DNA of 56,099 nucleotides. Source: an uncultured Piscirickettsiaceae bacterium. Its GTDB lineage: Bacteria > Pseudomonadota > Gammaproteobacteria > GCF-002020875. Positions 10,080 to 19,537 of the stretch are shown here, piece by piece. Both the position numbers and the translations under genes were made by a program. The DNA lies in contig CAYQBY010000006.1 in NCBI GenBank assembly GCA_964415865.1, positions 4,397 to 60,495 of the forward strand, read 5' to 3'. The notes under the pieces are model-generated. The model did no database searches. It was given only the letters and a program-made list of their open reading frames with translations, and was not told the DNA's origin. Position 1 is the stretch's first letter, and every line of letters begins with the position of its first letter.

Positions 10080-11369
10080 ATGAAAATAATAACAAAATGG
10101 GTTCAATGGCTGCTGGTTGCCAGCATCTCTCTGACTGGATACAACACTGCTTACTCCGCAGAACAGGCTACACCCCTGGTCACTGTTGGGGATTACACCA
10201 TTACAGATTATGATATCGAGCGTGTCATTGTGAGCTCTCCATTGGCAGATCAATATCCAACACTTAATGAGAAGGATCAAGCCGCAATGCGGGGCGCCAT
10301 TCTTATGCGACTGGTAAACTTGCAGCTGCTCTACCTTGAGGCCCTTGATCGGGGAATGGAGCAGGATCCCACATTCATTGCCGACCGTGAGGACTTCATA
10401 AAAGGAATCACCTATAAGCTCTATATGGACAGGCTGAGAGCATCCATCAAAATTCCAGATACAGTGATGAGCGAACTGCTATCTCGGCTAAAAGGGAATT
10501 CCGGCGCTCTGGATGCATCTATCGCACAGTACAAGGCACAACAGTACAAGTTGGTCCGCTCCCTGGCCCTTAAAAAGATTCGTGATCAGGTACATCTTGC
10601 TGTTCATGAAGACCGTATAACCCCGGCAATTACCCCTAAAACAATTCTGGCAGAGGCTGACAACTACATAGTCAGCTTTTCTGATCTTGGGATTAAATTT
10701 GAAGACAAGGATGACTTCCATGCAGCAACTATTGAGGAACGCCTTTATCAAAGGCTGGAGGTTGATCTGGTCAACATGGTCTCCAAAGAGATATCTAACG
10801 GGCTAAAAAATAGGATTGAGTCATTCTCCAGAGAGCGCCTGCCGGCCATGCTGCTCATGCAAAAGGAGAATGAGTGGGCGCCAGATCGCGCCGCAGCACG
10901 TGCCTACTTTGAACAGCACCGTGAGCTTGGATTTATCCCGGAACAGCGAATGATTTCGCAGATTGTGCTTGATAGCAGAGAAAAGGCAGAGGCAATAAAA
11001 AAACGTATTCTCGCAGGGGAGAGCTTCTTCCGTATGGCAAAACTACACAGTATTGACCCCTATGGACGCAAAAATGCCGGCCAGATGGGATGGCTTACAA
11101 AAGGGAAAGCCATGCCTGCAATCGAACAGGTGCTGGAGAACATGCAGGAAGAGGATATTAGTGAGATTGCAGAGACCGGAAAAGGGTTCCATCTAATCCT
11201 GTTACAAGGCATAAAGCCATCCATTCAGCATGAATATGAGGAGGTTTATGACCGTGTTCGTCAGGCGATCACCGATGAATATCTCCCTCCATTTGTACGC
11301 TCACTGCAACATAAATACAAGATCGAGTTTGCAGACCCTGTTGCCGAAATTCCACTAGAGAATCCCTGA
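10080..11369 (+). CDS. PpiC/parvulin-type peptidyl-prolyl isomerase (PrsA/SurA-like foldase), secreted
   Basis: Signal peptide from ATG 10080; C-terminal rotamase motifs FFRMAKLHSIDP..GQMGW and ETGKGFHLI. Confidence 0.85.
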   Translation: MKIITKWVQWLLVASISLTGYNTAYSAEQATPLVTVGDYTITDYDIERVIVSSPLADQYPTLNEKDQAAMRGAILMRLVNLQLLYLEALDRGMEQDPTFIADREDFIKGITYKLYMDRLRASIKIPDTVMSELLSRLKGNSGALDASIAQYKAQQYKLVRSLALKKIRDQVHLAVHEDRITPAITPKTILAEADNYIVSFSDLGIKFEDKDDFHAATIEERLYQRLEVDLVNMVSKEISNGLKNRIESFSRERLPAMLLMQKENEWAPDRAAARAYFEQHRELGFIPEQRMISQIVLDSREKAEAIKKRILAGESFFRMAKLHSIDPYGRKNAGQMGWLTKGKAMPAIEQVLENMQEEDISEIAETGKGFHLILLQGIKPSIQHEYEEVYDRVRQAITDEYLPPFVRSLQHKYKIEFADPVAEIPLENP

Positions 11370-11423
11370 TTCTCAGGCTTGTGATGTTATCCTTTCACAA
11401 ATATCATCACGGAACTGGATACA

Positions 11424-12377
11424 ATGTTTGGATTTGGAAAAACCCCGGGACAAGAGAAGAAGCCGGGGGTCATCAAAAGCCTGAAAGAGAGATTATCTCG
11501 CACCCGCTCAAACCTGAGTGATGGCTTGGGCACCCTGTTGCTCGGCAGGAAAACTATAGATGATGATCTACTGGAAGAGCTGGAGAACCGTCTGCTAACA
11601 GCAGATATAGGCATAGAGGCTACTCAGGAAATTCTCACACAGACCACAGAGAGACTAGCCAGAAAAGAGGGGAACGACCCGGAGGCAATGCTTGATGCAC
11701 TGAAAACCAGCATGCTGGAACTGCTCTCGCCCCATGAGTCCCCTCTTCAACCAGAAACAGCCTCCCCCTACGTCATTCTGATGGTAGGAATCAATGGTGC
11801 TGGTAAAACAACTACTATTGGGAAACTAGCCAAACAGCTTCAGAATAGCGGGAAGTCTGTAATGCTGGCTGCCGGAGATACTTTTCGTGCCGCTGCGGTG
11901 GAACAGCTCCAGAGCTGGGGTGAGCGCAATGATATTCCTGTCATCGCGCAGCATACTGGGGCGGACAGTGCCTCTGTGCTCTACGATGCGGTTGAATCGG
12001 CACGTGCCAAAGGGGTTGATGTGCTTATTGCAGATACAGCTGGTCGCCTCCATACCCAGTCTAATCTGATGGAGGAGCTAAAAAAAGTTAAGCGGGTGAT
12101 GCAAAAGCTGGATGACTCAATTCCTCACGAAATAATGTTGATCCTTGATGCTGGTACCGGACAGAATGGGGTGCATCAGGCAGAGCAATTTCATGAGGCC
12201 GTGGGGATTACCGGTATATCCCTCACCAAAATGGATGGAACGGCCAAAGGGGGGGTTATCTTCGCCATTGCAAAACAGCTCGCCATTCCAATCAGATTTA
12301 TCGGTGTCGGGGAGGGAATTGATGACCTCAGACCCTTCAATGCAACCGAGTTTATAGACGCCATACTCTCAGAATAA
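11424..12377 (+). CDS. ftsY: SRP receptor FtsY (NG domains only)
   Basis: GINGAGKTTT, DTFRAAA, DTAGR, TKMDGTAKGG. Confidence 0.97.
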   Translation: MFGFGKTPGQEKKPGVIKSLKERLSRTRSNLSDGLGTLLLGRKTIDDDLLEELENRLLTADIGIEATQEILTQTTERLARKEGNDPEAMLDALKTSMLELLSPHESPLQPETASPYVILMVGINGAGKTTTIGKLAKQLQNSGKSVMLAAGDTFRAAAVEQLQSWGERNDIPVIAQHTGADSASVLYDAVESARAKGVDVLIADTAGRLHTQSNLMEELKKVKRVMQKLDDSIPHEIMLILDAGTGQNGVHQAEQFHEAVGITGISLTKMDGTAKGGVIFAIAKQLAIPIRFIGVGEGIDDLRPFNATEFIDAILSE

Positions 12378-12447
12378 TCTATATATCTTATTGTTTTATA
12401 TCATGTTTTCTGCACATATCACAGAAAAAACTGTCCTCTTGCAGAGG

Positions 12448-12474
12448 GAACTATAACAGCAGTTAGCACTCTAA
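12448..12474 (+). promoter_or_regulatory. SigmaE (RpoE)-type promoter of rpoH
   Basis: GAACTA-N16-TCTAA versus consensus GAACTT-N16-TCTRA. Confidence 0.7.
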
Positions 12475-12489
12475 TCTTGCGAGTGCTAA
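12463..12489. promoter_or_regulatory. CIRCE element (HrcA operator)
   Basis: Perfect TTAGCACTC-N9(taatcttgc)-GAGTGCTAA upstream of rpoH. Confidence 0.95.
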
Positions 12490-12505
12490 TTTTAGCTATT
12501 ATAAT
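12477..12505 (+). promoter_or_regulatory. Sigma70-type promoter of rpoH
   Basis: TTGCGA-17 nt-TATAAT; -35 lies inside the CIRCE. Confidence 0.7.
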
Positions 12506-12535
12506 CGTAGATATAGAAAACAGAGAGATAAATTA

Positions 12536-13399
12536 ATGAGTTACGCCCTTCAGCCAATCAATGTCCAATTTCCTGCCGCAACAGTCGACAGTGTTGACGC
12601 CTATCTTCAGAGCCTGAGAAAATTTCCTATTCTCAGCCAGGAAGAGGAACAGGAGTTAGCCATTCGCTTTCACGAGCAGGGTGATCTGGAGGCAGCACGC
12701 CAACTGGTTATCTCAAACCTGCGCTTTGTGGCCCATATTGCCAGAGGATATCTTGGATATGGTCTACCACTGGCTGACCTGATTCAGGAGGGAAATCTTG
12801 GACTGATGAAGGCAGTGCGTCGTTTTGATCCAGAGCGAAAGGTTAGACTGGTCTCATTTGCTGTCCACTGGATCCGCTCGGAAATTCATGAATACGTTCT
12901 CCGTAACTGGAGCATCGTAAAGGTTGCTACAACCAAGGCTCAACGCAAACTGTTCTTCAATCTGCGCAGCTCCAAAAAACGTCTGGGATGGTTCTCTCGT
13001 GAAGAGGTGGAGACCGTTGCCAAGGACCTCAATGTCAAACCGGAAACCGTGCTGGAGATGGAGCACCGTCTAAGTCACCACGATGCATCATTTGACCTCC
13101 CGATGGGGTGTGATGACGAGGATGATCACTTCTCTCCGTCCGCTTTTCTCAAGGCACCAGAATCAACACCTGAACAAGAGCTGGAAGAGAGTGACTGGAG
13201 AGAACAGTCAATCAACATGATGAGATCAGCTCTAACCACTCTGGATGAGCGCAGCAGAAATATCATTGTCCAGCGCTGGCTCGATGAGGAGAAGAGTACT
13301 CTTCAGGATTTAGCTGATGAATATGGAGTCTCTGCTGAACGTATTCGTCAACTGGAACAGAATGCCCTCAAAAAACTGCGAGGGTGCATTACGCTCTAA
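12536..13399 (+). CDS. rpoH: RNA polymerase heat-shock sigma factor sigma32
   Basis: RpoH box [33 protein letters not shown]. Confidence 0.97.
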   Translation: MSYALQPINVQFPAATVDSVDAYLQSLRKFPILSQEEEQELAIRFHEQGDLEAARQLVISNLRFVAHIARGYLGYGLPLADLIQEGNLGLMKAVRRFDPERKVRLVSFAVHWIRSEIHEYVLRNWSIVKVATTKAQRKLFFNLRSSKKRLGWFSREEVETVAKDLNVKPETVLEMEHRLSHHDASFDLPMGCDDEDDHFSPSAFLKAPESTPEQELEESDWREQSINMMRSALTTLDERSRNIIVQRWLDEEKSTLQDLADEYGVSAERIRQLEQNALKKLRGCITL

Positions 13400-13441
13400 G
13401 CTCCTTCAAGAGCTCTATTAAAAACGGGTATACTTTACTCT

Positions 13442-14401
13442 ATGAAAAAAGAGCGAATCTGTATCCTTGGTGGCACCGGTTTTGTTGGTGGCCACCTCAT
13501 TCACCGCCTATCCAAATCTGATGCCTCACTTACGGTAGTTACACGTCACCGTGAGCGTCACCGCAACCTCCTGATCTATCCTGATATCTCGTTGGTTGAG
13601 GCTGACATCCATGATGAAGAGGTTCTGCAAGGGCTGTTCAATAACTGTGACATAGTCATCAATCTGGTTGGCATCCTCAATCAAATGGGGGGCAAGGTAA
13701 GTTTCCAGCGAGTACATGTTGAGCTTGCCCAGAAGATCGTAACTGCCTGCAACCGTACGGGGGTCAAGCGCCTTCTACATATGTCTGCGCTCCAGGCTGG
13801 ATCTGCCAATGCCATCAGTCACTATTTGCGCTCCAAGGGAGAGGGAGAAAACCATGCTCATCTACAGGCAGGCAACAGTTTGAATGTAACCAGTTTCAGG
13901 CCATCTGTTATCTTCGGCGAGGGAGATCACCTATTCAACCGCTTTGCCTCCATGCTGCGTCTACCACTTTTAACTGTTCCACTAGCCTGCCCAGAAGCGC
14001 GCTTTGCACCAATATATGCCCAGGATGTTGCCGAAATATTTATCCAGACAATCCATAATCAGGGAACCTACGGCAAACGCTATGACCTCTGTGGGCCAAG
14101 AGAATACTCTCTGATGGAGCTAATGGAATTTACCGAACGCTGTATCGGGGTTCGTCGCCTAATTGTCGGGCTGAGTAATTCACTGTCCAGACTGCAAGCC
14201 AAGATACTTGGTAAGCTGCCAGGAAAACTCCTGACTCTTGATAACTACCGCTCAATGCGCTCTGCCAGCACCTGTGATAAACCTCTGGATGATATCTTCG
14301 ATATCAGCCTCACCCCTATGGAGAGCATTGTCCCCGGTTATCTAGGCAGAAAAAACCAGCAGGTCAACTACATGAACTACCGCAAGCTTGCAAAACGGTA
14401 G
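13442..14401 (+). CDS. NAD-dependent epimerase/dehydratase, complex I NDUFA9-like family
   Basis: GGTGFVG, INLVGIL, YLRSKGEGE, RPSVIFG; TATACT 7 nt upstream of ATG. Confidence 0.88.
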   Translation: MKKERICILGGTGFVGGHLIHRLSKSDASLTVVTRHRERHRNLLIYPDISLVEADIHDEEVLQGLFNNCDIVINLVGILNQMGGKVSFQRVHVELAQKIVTACNRTGVKRLLHMSALQAGSANAISHYLRSKGEGENHAHLQAGNSLNVTSFRPSVIFGEGDHLFNRFASMLRLPLLTVPLACPEARFAPIYAQDVAEIFIQTIHNQGTYGKRYDLCGPREYSLMELMEFTERCIGVRRLIVGLSNSLSRLQAKILGKLPGKLLTLDNYRSMRSASTCDKPLDDIFDISLTPMESIVPGYLGRKNQQVNYMNYRKLAKR

Positions 14402-14446
14402 TGATGACAGACAACATAACTTGGTAACAACAAAACAGTATCAATC

Positions 14447-14728
14447 ATGGAACCAACAACTTTAAGCAAAGAGCAGCGCATACTTAGAATGGTTCGCAGG
14501 ACTCTTGGAGCCATTGCCCGTGAGACTGCACCACAAGAGGGAAAAGAGCACCCACTGACCAAACAGACGTTTGACGACATGCGTGACTGTTTTGCCCTGG
14601 TTGCTCAACGTGAAAAAGAGCTATTGGAAGAATCTGGGGTAAAAAGCAGTATGCGTCCAACCTTCAATGATGAGCCAAATAGTACAAAAGTGGTCTCTAT
14701 TGACTCCCTCTCTGATAGAAAAAAGTAG
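14447..14728 (+). CDS. Small hypothetical protein
   Basis: 93-aa ORF filling the gap between co-oriented genes; helical, plausible composition. Confidence 0.75.
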   Translation: MEPTTLSKEQRILRMVRRTLGAIARETAPQEGKEHPLTKQTFDDMRDCFALVAQREKELLEESGVKSSMRPTFNDEPNSTKVVSIDSLSDRKK

Positions 14729-15953
14729 ATATCTGGTTGGCGGTGCAGTCCGTGACCAGTTGCTGGGAATCAGCCCCAAAGAGCGAGACTGGGTAGTTGT
14801 TGGAAGATCTGAAGATGAGATGTTATCTGCCGGCTTTCAGCAGGTGGGCAAAGATTTTCCTGTCTTTCTGCATCCAGATACACATGAGGAACATGCTCTA
14901 GCACGCACTGAGCGAAAGACCGCTCCTGGCTATCGTGGCTTTACTGTTCATGCTGATCCATCTGTAACCCTAGAAGAGGATCTGCTGCGACGAGACCTTA
15001 CCATCAATGCAATAGCGCAGGCTGCTGATGGCTCACTAATAGATCCATTCGGTGGAAAAAATGACCTGCAACAGGGAATCCTGCGCCATGTCTCTGATGC
15101 TTTTGTGGAGGATCCAGTGCGTATCCTCCGCATCGCCCGCTTTGCTGCCAATTTTGGCAAATGGGATTTCCATGTTGCCCATAAAACCCACTCCCTGATG
15201 AAGCAGATGGTTAAGGATGGCGAGGTTGACTCACTGGTTTCCGAACGAGTATGGCAAGAGACACTCAAGGCCCTGCAGACAGAGCATCCTGAACGCTATT
15301 TTGAGGTGCTCAGAAACTGTGGAGCATTAAGACAAATATTTCCCGAGCTTGAACAACTGTTTGGGGTTCCTCAACCATCGCACCACCACCCTGAGATAGA
15401 CAGTGGAGTCCATACGCTGATGGTTCTGCAACAGACCGTCCGTCTCAGTAACAAACCAACCATCCGCTTTGCTGCACTGATGCATGATCTTGGCAAGGGA
15501 ACCACGCCAAAGAGTGAGTGGCCAAAGCACCATGGGCATGAACAGAGGGGAGAAAAGCTTGTTCACAAACTTTGCAAACGACTAAAGGTGCCAAATGAAT
15601 TTAGAGAGCTGGCACTGGCTGTCACCAAGTATCATGGCCACTACCACCGTGCCGAAGAGATGCGCGCTGACACCATGGTCAGGATGCTCGAAGGAATTGA
15701 TGCATTCCGCCGTCCAGAGCAATTCGAAGACTTTCTTGTCACATGCGAGGCAGATCAGCGCGGCAGAACCGGCTTTGAGAATGACGTATTCACCCAGGGT
15801 GACACCCTAAGAACTGCCCTCAAAGCTGCTCAGTCAGTAGGAACCGACGGGATCATTGCTGACGGTTTTACCGGAAAAGAGATTAGGGATGAACTACGAA
15901 CAAGACGCACTCAAGAGGTAAAAAGCGCTCTCTCTAATCTTGCCAGCAGCTGA
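14667..15953 (+). CDS. cca: Multifunctional CCA tRNA nucleotidyltransferase with HD domain
   Basis: YLVGGAVRD, DFPVFLHP, RRDLTINA, HHPEID, HDLGKG; start uncertain (ATG 14667/14670 or TTG 14700). Confidence 0.95.
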   Translation: MMSQIVQKWSLLTPSLIEKSRYLVGGAVRDQLLGISPKERDWVVVGRSEDEMLSAGFQQVGKDFPVFLHPDTHEEHALARTERKTAPGYRGFTVHADPSVTLEEDLLRRDLTINAIAQAADGSLIDPFGGKNDLQQGILRHVSDAFVEDPVRILRIARFAANFGKWDFHVAHKTHSLMKQMVKDGEVDSLVSERVWQETLKALQTEHPERYFEVLRNCGALRQIFPELEQLFGVPQPSHHHPEIDSGVHTLMVLQQTVRLSNKPTIRFAALMHDLGKGTTPKSEWPKHHGHEQRGEKLVHKLCKRLKVPNEFRELALAVTKYHGHYHRAEEMRADTMVRMLEGIDAFRRPEQFEDFLVTCEADQRGRTGFENDVFTQGDTLRTALKAAQSVGTDGIIADGFTGKEIRDELRTRRTQEVKSALSNLASS

Positions 15954-16294
15954 TCAAATCCACTAATTCCAACCAGATACGCCAGCACCACGCCTCCTCC
16001 ATTAGCTACCATATCCAATACCTCCAACATTCTATAAGAGGTTAGGCCCTGCAAGAGCTCAAGGACAATTCCCAACACAACAAAACCAATACCATAATAG
16101 ACCCTTGTTACACCACCATATAACTGCACAAACCAACCCATAATAGAAAAATAGGCTACCAGATGAAGAAGTTTATCGCTGGGAAGATCAATACCAACAT
16201 CTGGGACTGGATAGAGTGAAAGTACTATTATTCCGAACACCATGCTCCAGCCCACCAGAACCCAAAATTGATATAGTTTCAATGAACTATACAT
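15911..16294 (-). CDS. VanZ family membrane protein
   Basis: DKLLHLVAY, ELLQ..R....DMVAN. Confidence 0.85.
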   Translation of the reverse strand: MYSSLKLYQFWVLVGWSMVFGIIVLSLYPVPDVGIDLPSDKLLHLVAYFSIMGWFVQLYGGVTRVYYGIGFVVLGIVLELLQGLTSYRMLEVLDMVANGGGVVLAYLVGISGFDQLLARLERALFTS

Positions 16295-17084
16295 AAATAG
16301 AGATCAACAAGACCCCAAGCAAGAGGCGATAGACCACAAACGGCACCATTCCAAGCCGATCAAGCAGCTTCAGAAAGTAGTGTATACAGAGGTATGCACT
16401 TATTGCAGAGAGCAGTGTTCCCAATAGTAGTGTGGCCCAATCAACACCCTCCCCTTGTTGAAACAACTCCACCACCTCCAATCCACCAGCCAACAGAATC
16501 ACGGGAATGGAGAGCAGAAATGAGAATCTGGCTGCCCCCTGTCTTGTCATCCCCATAGCTAGTGCAGCTGTCATGGTGACACCAGACCTAGAGGTCCCTG
16601 GGATCAGCGCAAACACCTGGGATAGTGCAACCACTAAAACTGTCTGCCATCCCATTTGATACTCATCACTCTGCCGCTTTCCTCTGTAATCGGCCCACCA
16701 GAGCAGCAAGCCAAAGATTATGGTTGTGGTGGCAATAACCAGTGGAGAGCGCAGGTAGAGCTCTATCTGATCCTTGAAGACAAGTCCTGCCAACCCAACC
16801 GGAATTGTTCCCAGACCAACCGCCCAGGCTAGTTTTGCATCAGCAGTCATCCCTCGGCCAACCAGGGAGCCGCTCCACTCTGCAAGCATCGTTATTAGTT
16901 CAGATCGAAAGTACCCAACCACTGCCAGCAGAGTCCCGATGTGGACAGCCACATCAAAGGCTAGCCCTTGATCCTGCCATCCGGTCAGAACTGGAACAAG
17001 AATAAGATGTGCTGAACTGGAGATAGGCAGAAATTCCGTCAATCCCTGAACTAGCGATAAAAGAACAATCTGAATAAGATCCAT
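16287..17084 (-). CDS. uppP: Undecaprenyl-diphosphate phosphatase
   Basis: QGLTEFLPISSSAH, PGTSRSG, FSFLLSIP. Confidence 0.97.
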   Translation of the reverse strand: MDLIQIVLLSLVQGLTEFLPISSSAHLILVPVLTGWQDQGLAFDVAVHIGTLLAVVGYFRSELITMLAEWSGSLVGRGMTADAKLAWAVGLGTIPVGLAGLVFKDQIELYLRSPLVIATTTIIFGLLLWWADYRGKRQSDEYQMGWQTVLVVALSQVFALIPGTSRSGVTMTAALAMGMTRQGAARFSFLLSIPVILLAGGLEVVELFQQGEGVDWATLLLGTLLSAISAYLCIHYFLKLLDRLGMVPFVVYRLLLGVLLISIYV

Positions 17085-17097
17085 AGCCCCTACTCTA

Positions 17098-18258
17098 CTA
17101 CAGCGTGTGAAGCTGATCGTGGATGGTAAATGTTTCTGGCAACTCTATATCTCTGGTCAATGCCATTACCTTAACTACATCACCCATCTGTGCCGGCATG
17201 GTCAGCTGCTGAATTGCCTTCGATGTCTCAATACGTGTCTGTGTATCATCCAGATTTTCACCTTCTGCCATCTCTGCAATCCCTCCAGCCAGCAGAAAAT
17301 ATGCCTGTGTTGTATAACCGGCAACACTCAGTCCTGACTCATCTGCCGCCTCGGCTACAGTAGTAAAATCAACGTGTGCCGTTATATCCTGGAGCCCCGG
17401 TAGTGCCAAGGCATCCTCATGTTTATGGTGTCTGTAGAAGCAGCTCAAAGTACCGCTGCTGCGCTCGGGACGATAGTATTCTGCACGAGAGTATCCGTAA
17501 TCAATCAGTAACACCATCCCCTGCTGCAGAAAATCCGAGATTGAGCTAATCCATGGTGCCAGTCCCGGTCTAAGCTCTGAGCTATAACCTTCTTCCAGGG
17601 CAGCAATATCAATCCCAGACGGAAGGTTGATAGCTGTCTCTGCAGGCTGTTCACCCATGGCAAACTCACCGTTCTCATCCACAACGACTCCAAGCCCAAC
17701 AGCTTTATCGTCTCGCACCACAAAGCGCTCACATGGTATTGCGTCCATCACCTCATTTGCGATTACTACTCCCTGTAGAGCTATTTGTGGCAGCTCCTCC
17801 AACCAGTTGACCCTCTGCAACAGATGAGGGGCGCGCTGCGCAATAGTCTCCTGCTGCCTTGCCCGCAGAGTACCGCTTAACTCCAGAATGCTGTAACTCT
17901 CTGGAAGCTGTTGCTGACTCTCAAGCTCCAGCAAAATATCTGCCGCCATTACCCCAGAGCCCGCACCAAACTCCAATATTGAGGGTGACTTCATGCCCAC
18001 CAAAACAGGGGCGATCTGTCGTGCAACCACTCTGGAAAAAAGTGGTGAGATTTCCGGTGCAGTAACAAAATCCCCCTCTTCACCAAGACCATGAAGGCCG
18101 CTGTAGTATCCCAGCCCCGGTGTATATAGTGCCTGAGCCATCCATTGATCAAACGGGATCCATCCGCCAGCCTGCTTGATTGAGTCAACTATCCTGGCCT
18201 GTAGCTGCCATGATGCATCTCTCATCTCTACTGTCGGTTCAAGGAGCCCTCTATTCAT
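17098..18258 (-). CDS. SAM-dependent methyltransferase, MidA/NDUFAF7 family
   Basis: ALYTPGLGYY, GDFVTAPEIS, EFGAGSG, DYG, QDITAHVDF. Confidence 0.9.
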   Translation of the reverse strand: MNRGLLEPTVEMRDASWQLQARIVDSIKQAGGWIPFDQWMAQALYTPGLGYYSGLHGLGEEGDFVTAPEISPLFSRVVARQIAPVLVGMKSPSILEFGAGSGVMAADILLELESQQQLPESYSILELSGTLRARQQETIAQRAPHLLQRVNWLEELPQIALQGVVIANEVMDAIPCERFVVRDDKAVGLGVVVDENGEFAMGEQPAETAINLPSGIDIAALEEGYSSELRPGLAPWISSISDFLQQGMVLLIDYGYSRAEYYRPERSSGTLSCFYRHHKHEDALALPGLQDITAHVDFTTVAEAADESGLSVAGYTTQAYFLLAGGIAEMAEGENLDDTQTRIETSKAIQQLTMPAQMGDVVKVMALTRDIELPETFTIHDQLHTL

Positions 18259-18296
18259 CTGTTACACTTTGACCTTTATTTTGTGGAGTTAAATTC

Positions 18297-19052
18297 GTGG
18301 ACAATGATACCAACAGTTGTCATAACAAGGTGGTGCTGATTACGGGTGCCGCCCACCGAATTGGTGCGGCCACAGCTCGCCTGCTTCATAACGCAGGGAT
18401 GAATATTGTGCTGCACTATAGAAGCTCTGATGCAGCAGCTACAGCACTGCAAAGTGAACTTCAACATAATCGCCCAGATTCGGTGGGGCTGATCCAGGCT
18501 GATCTGCACCAGATTGCCGGGTTTGATTCACTGATCCAGCAAGCTGTCAGTTATTGGGGCAAGCTGGATGTTCTGATCAATAATGCATCAACATTCTATC
18601 CAACCCCTGTTGGCTCAATGAGCGAAGAGCATTGGGATGATCTGGTCGGGGCAAATCTCAAGGCCCCTCTATTTCTCTCTCAGGCTGCAGCTTCCGCAAT
18701 AAGAGAGCAATCTGGAAATATTATAAATATCGTTGATATCCATGCAGACCGTCCCCTAAAGAACCACACTATTTACAGTGTTGCGAAAGCTGGTTTAGCC
18801 ATGCTGACAAAATCCATGGCGCGTGAGCTGGGGCCTGAAATCAGGGTAAATGGTGTTGCCCCTGGTGCGATTCTCTGGCCTGAAACTGGCATGAGCGAGC
18901 ATGCGCAGTCAGAAATTGTATCCGGAACAGCGCTGAAACGCTCCGGTGAGCCTGATGATATTGCCCAGACCGTTCTCTTTCTAATCCAGAATGCCAACTA
19001 TATGACAGGGCAGATTATCAATGTAGATGGTGGTCGAACACTCAGCAATTAA
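18297..19052 (+). CDS. Pteridine reductase (FolM/PTR1-like SDR)
   Basis: TGAAHRIG, NNAS, YSVAK, NGVAPGAILWP; adjacent to folK/folB. Confidence 0.88.
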   Translation: MDNDTNSCHNKVVLITGAAHRIGAATARLLHNAGMNIVLHYRSSDAAATALQSELQHNRPDSVGLIQADLHQIAGFDSLIQQAVSYWGKLDVLINNASTFYPTPVGSMSEEHWDDLVGANLKAPLFLSQAAASAIREQSGNIINIVDIHADRPLKNHTIYSVAKAGLAMLTKSMARELGPEIRVNGVAPGAILWPETGMSEHAQSEIVSGTALKRSGEPDDIAQTVLFLIQNANYMTGQIINVDGGRTLSN

Positions 19053-19537
19053 AACTGTAGCGGTGCTGGCCAGAGCGGCTGAATAGAGCGATCAAACTTA
19101 TTCCATATGACACCGTACTCCTCGCCAGTTTGTGGATGACACTCTCCGCTCGCAATCTCGGCCAACGGTTTTAGTACAAAAGCATACTCAAATATCTCTG
19201 CACGTGGAATATCCACCCCCTGATCCTGCAGATCCAGATCTCCATATAGAAGCAGGTCCAGATCAAGGGTACGAGGATTGAATTTCTCTGCACCGCGCTC
19301 TCTTCCGTTGTTGGTCTCGATAGTGCGCAACTGTTGCTGAATATCGTTCAGACCTGACTCTGAATCAAACCCAACCACCAGATTGTAGAAAGCGTCGCCA
19401 TCAAAACCAACCGCTTCACTCTCATAAACTGTCGATATGGTTAGCTCACCAAAGATCTTCCTTAACTGCTCAACAGCTAGTTTTACGCTACGCTCACGAT
19501 CAATATTGCTACCAATACTGAGATAGATACGTGGCAT
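19049..19537 (-). CDS. folK: 2-amino-4-hydroxy-6-hydroxymethyldihydropteridine diphosphokinase
   Basis: YLSIGSN, PRTLDLDLL, FVLKPL. Confidence 0.93.
   Translation of the reverse strand: MPRIYLSIGSNIDRERSVKLAVEQLRKIFGELTISTVYESEAVGFDGDAFYNLVVGFDSESGLNDIQQQLRTIETNNGRERGAEKFNPRTLDLDLLLYGDLDLQDQGVDIPRAEIFEYAFVLKPLAEIASGECHPQTGEEYGVIWNKFDRSIQPLWPAPLQF

Noticed and set aside
14716-14728. A_AAA_AAG slippery heptamer just before the stop of the 93-aa ORF, suggesting a -1 frameshift fusion into cca
   Set aside because: cca is in the +1 frame relative to that ORF, so a -1 shift would not enter cca
13442-18258. NDUFA9-like and NDUFAF7/MidA-like genes as a new complex I assembly locus
   Set aside because: Opposite strands, separated by unrelated genes, and in a neighbourhood (cca, pteridine reductase) common in proteobacteria
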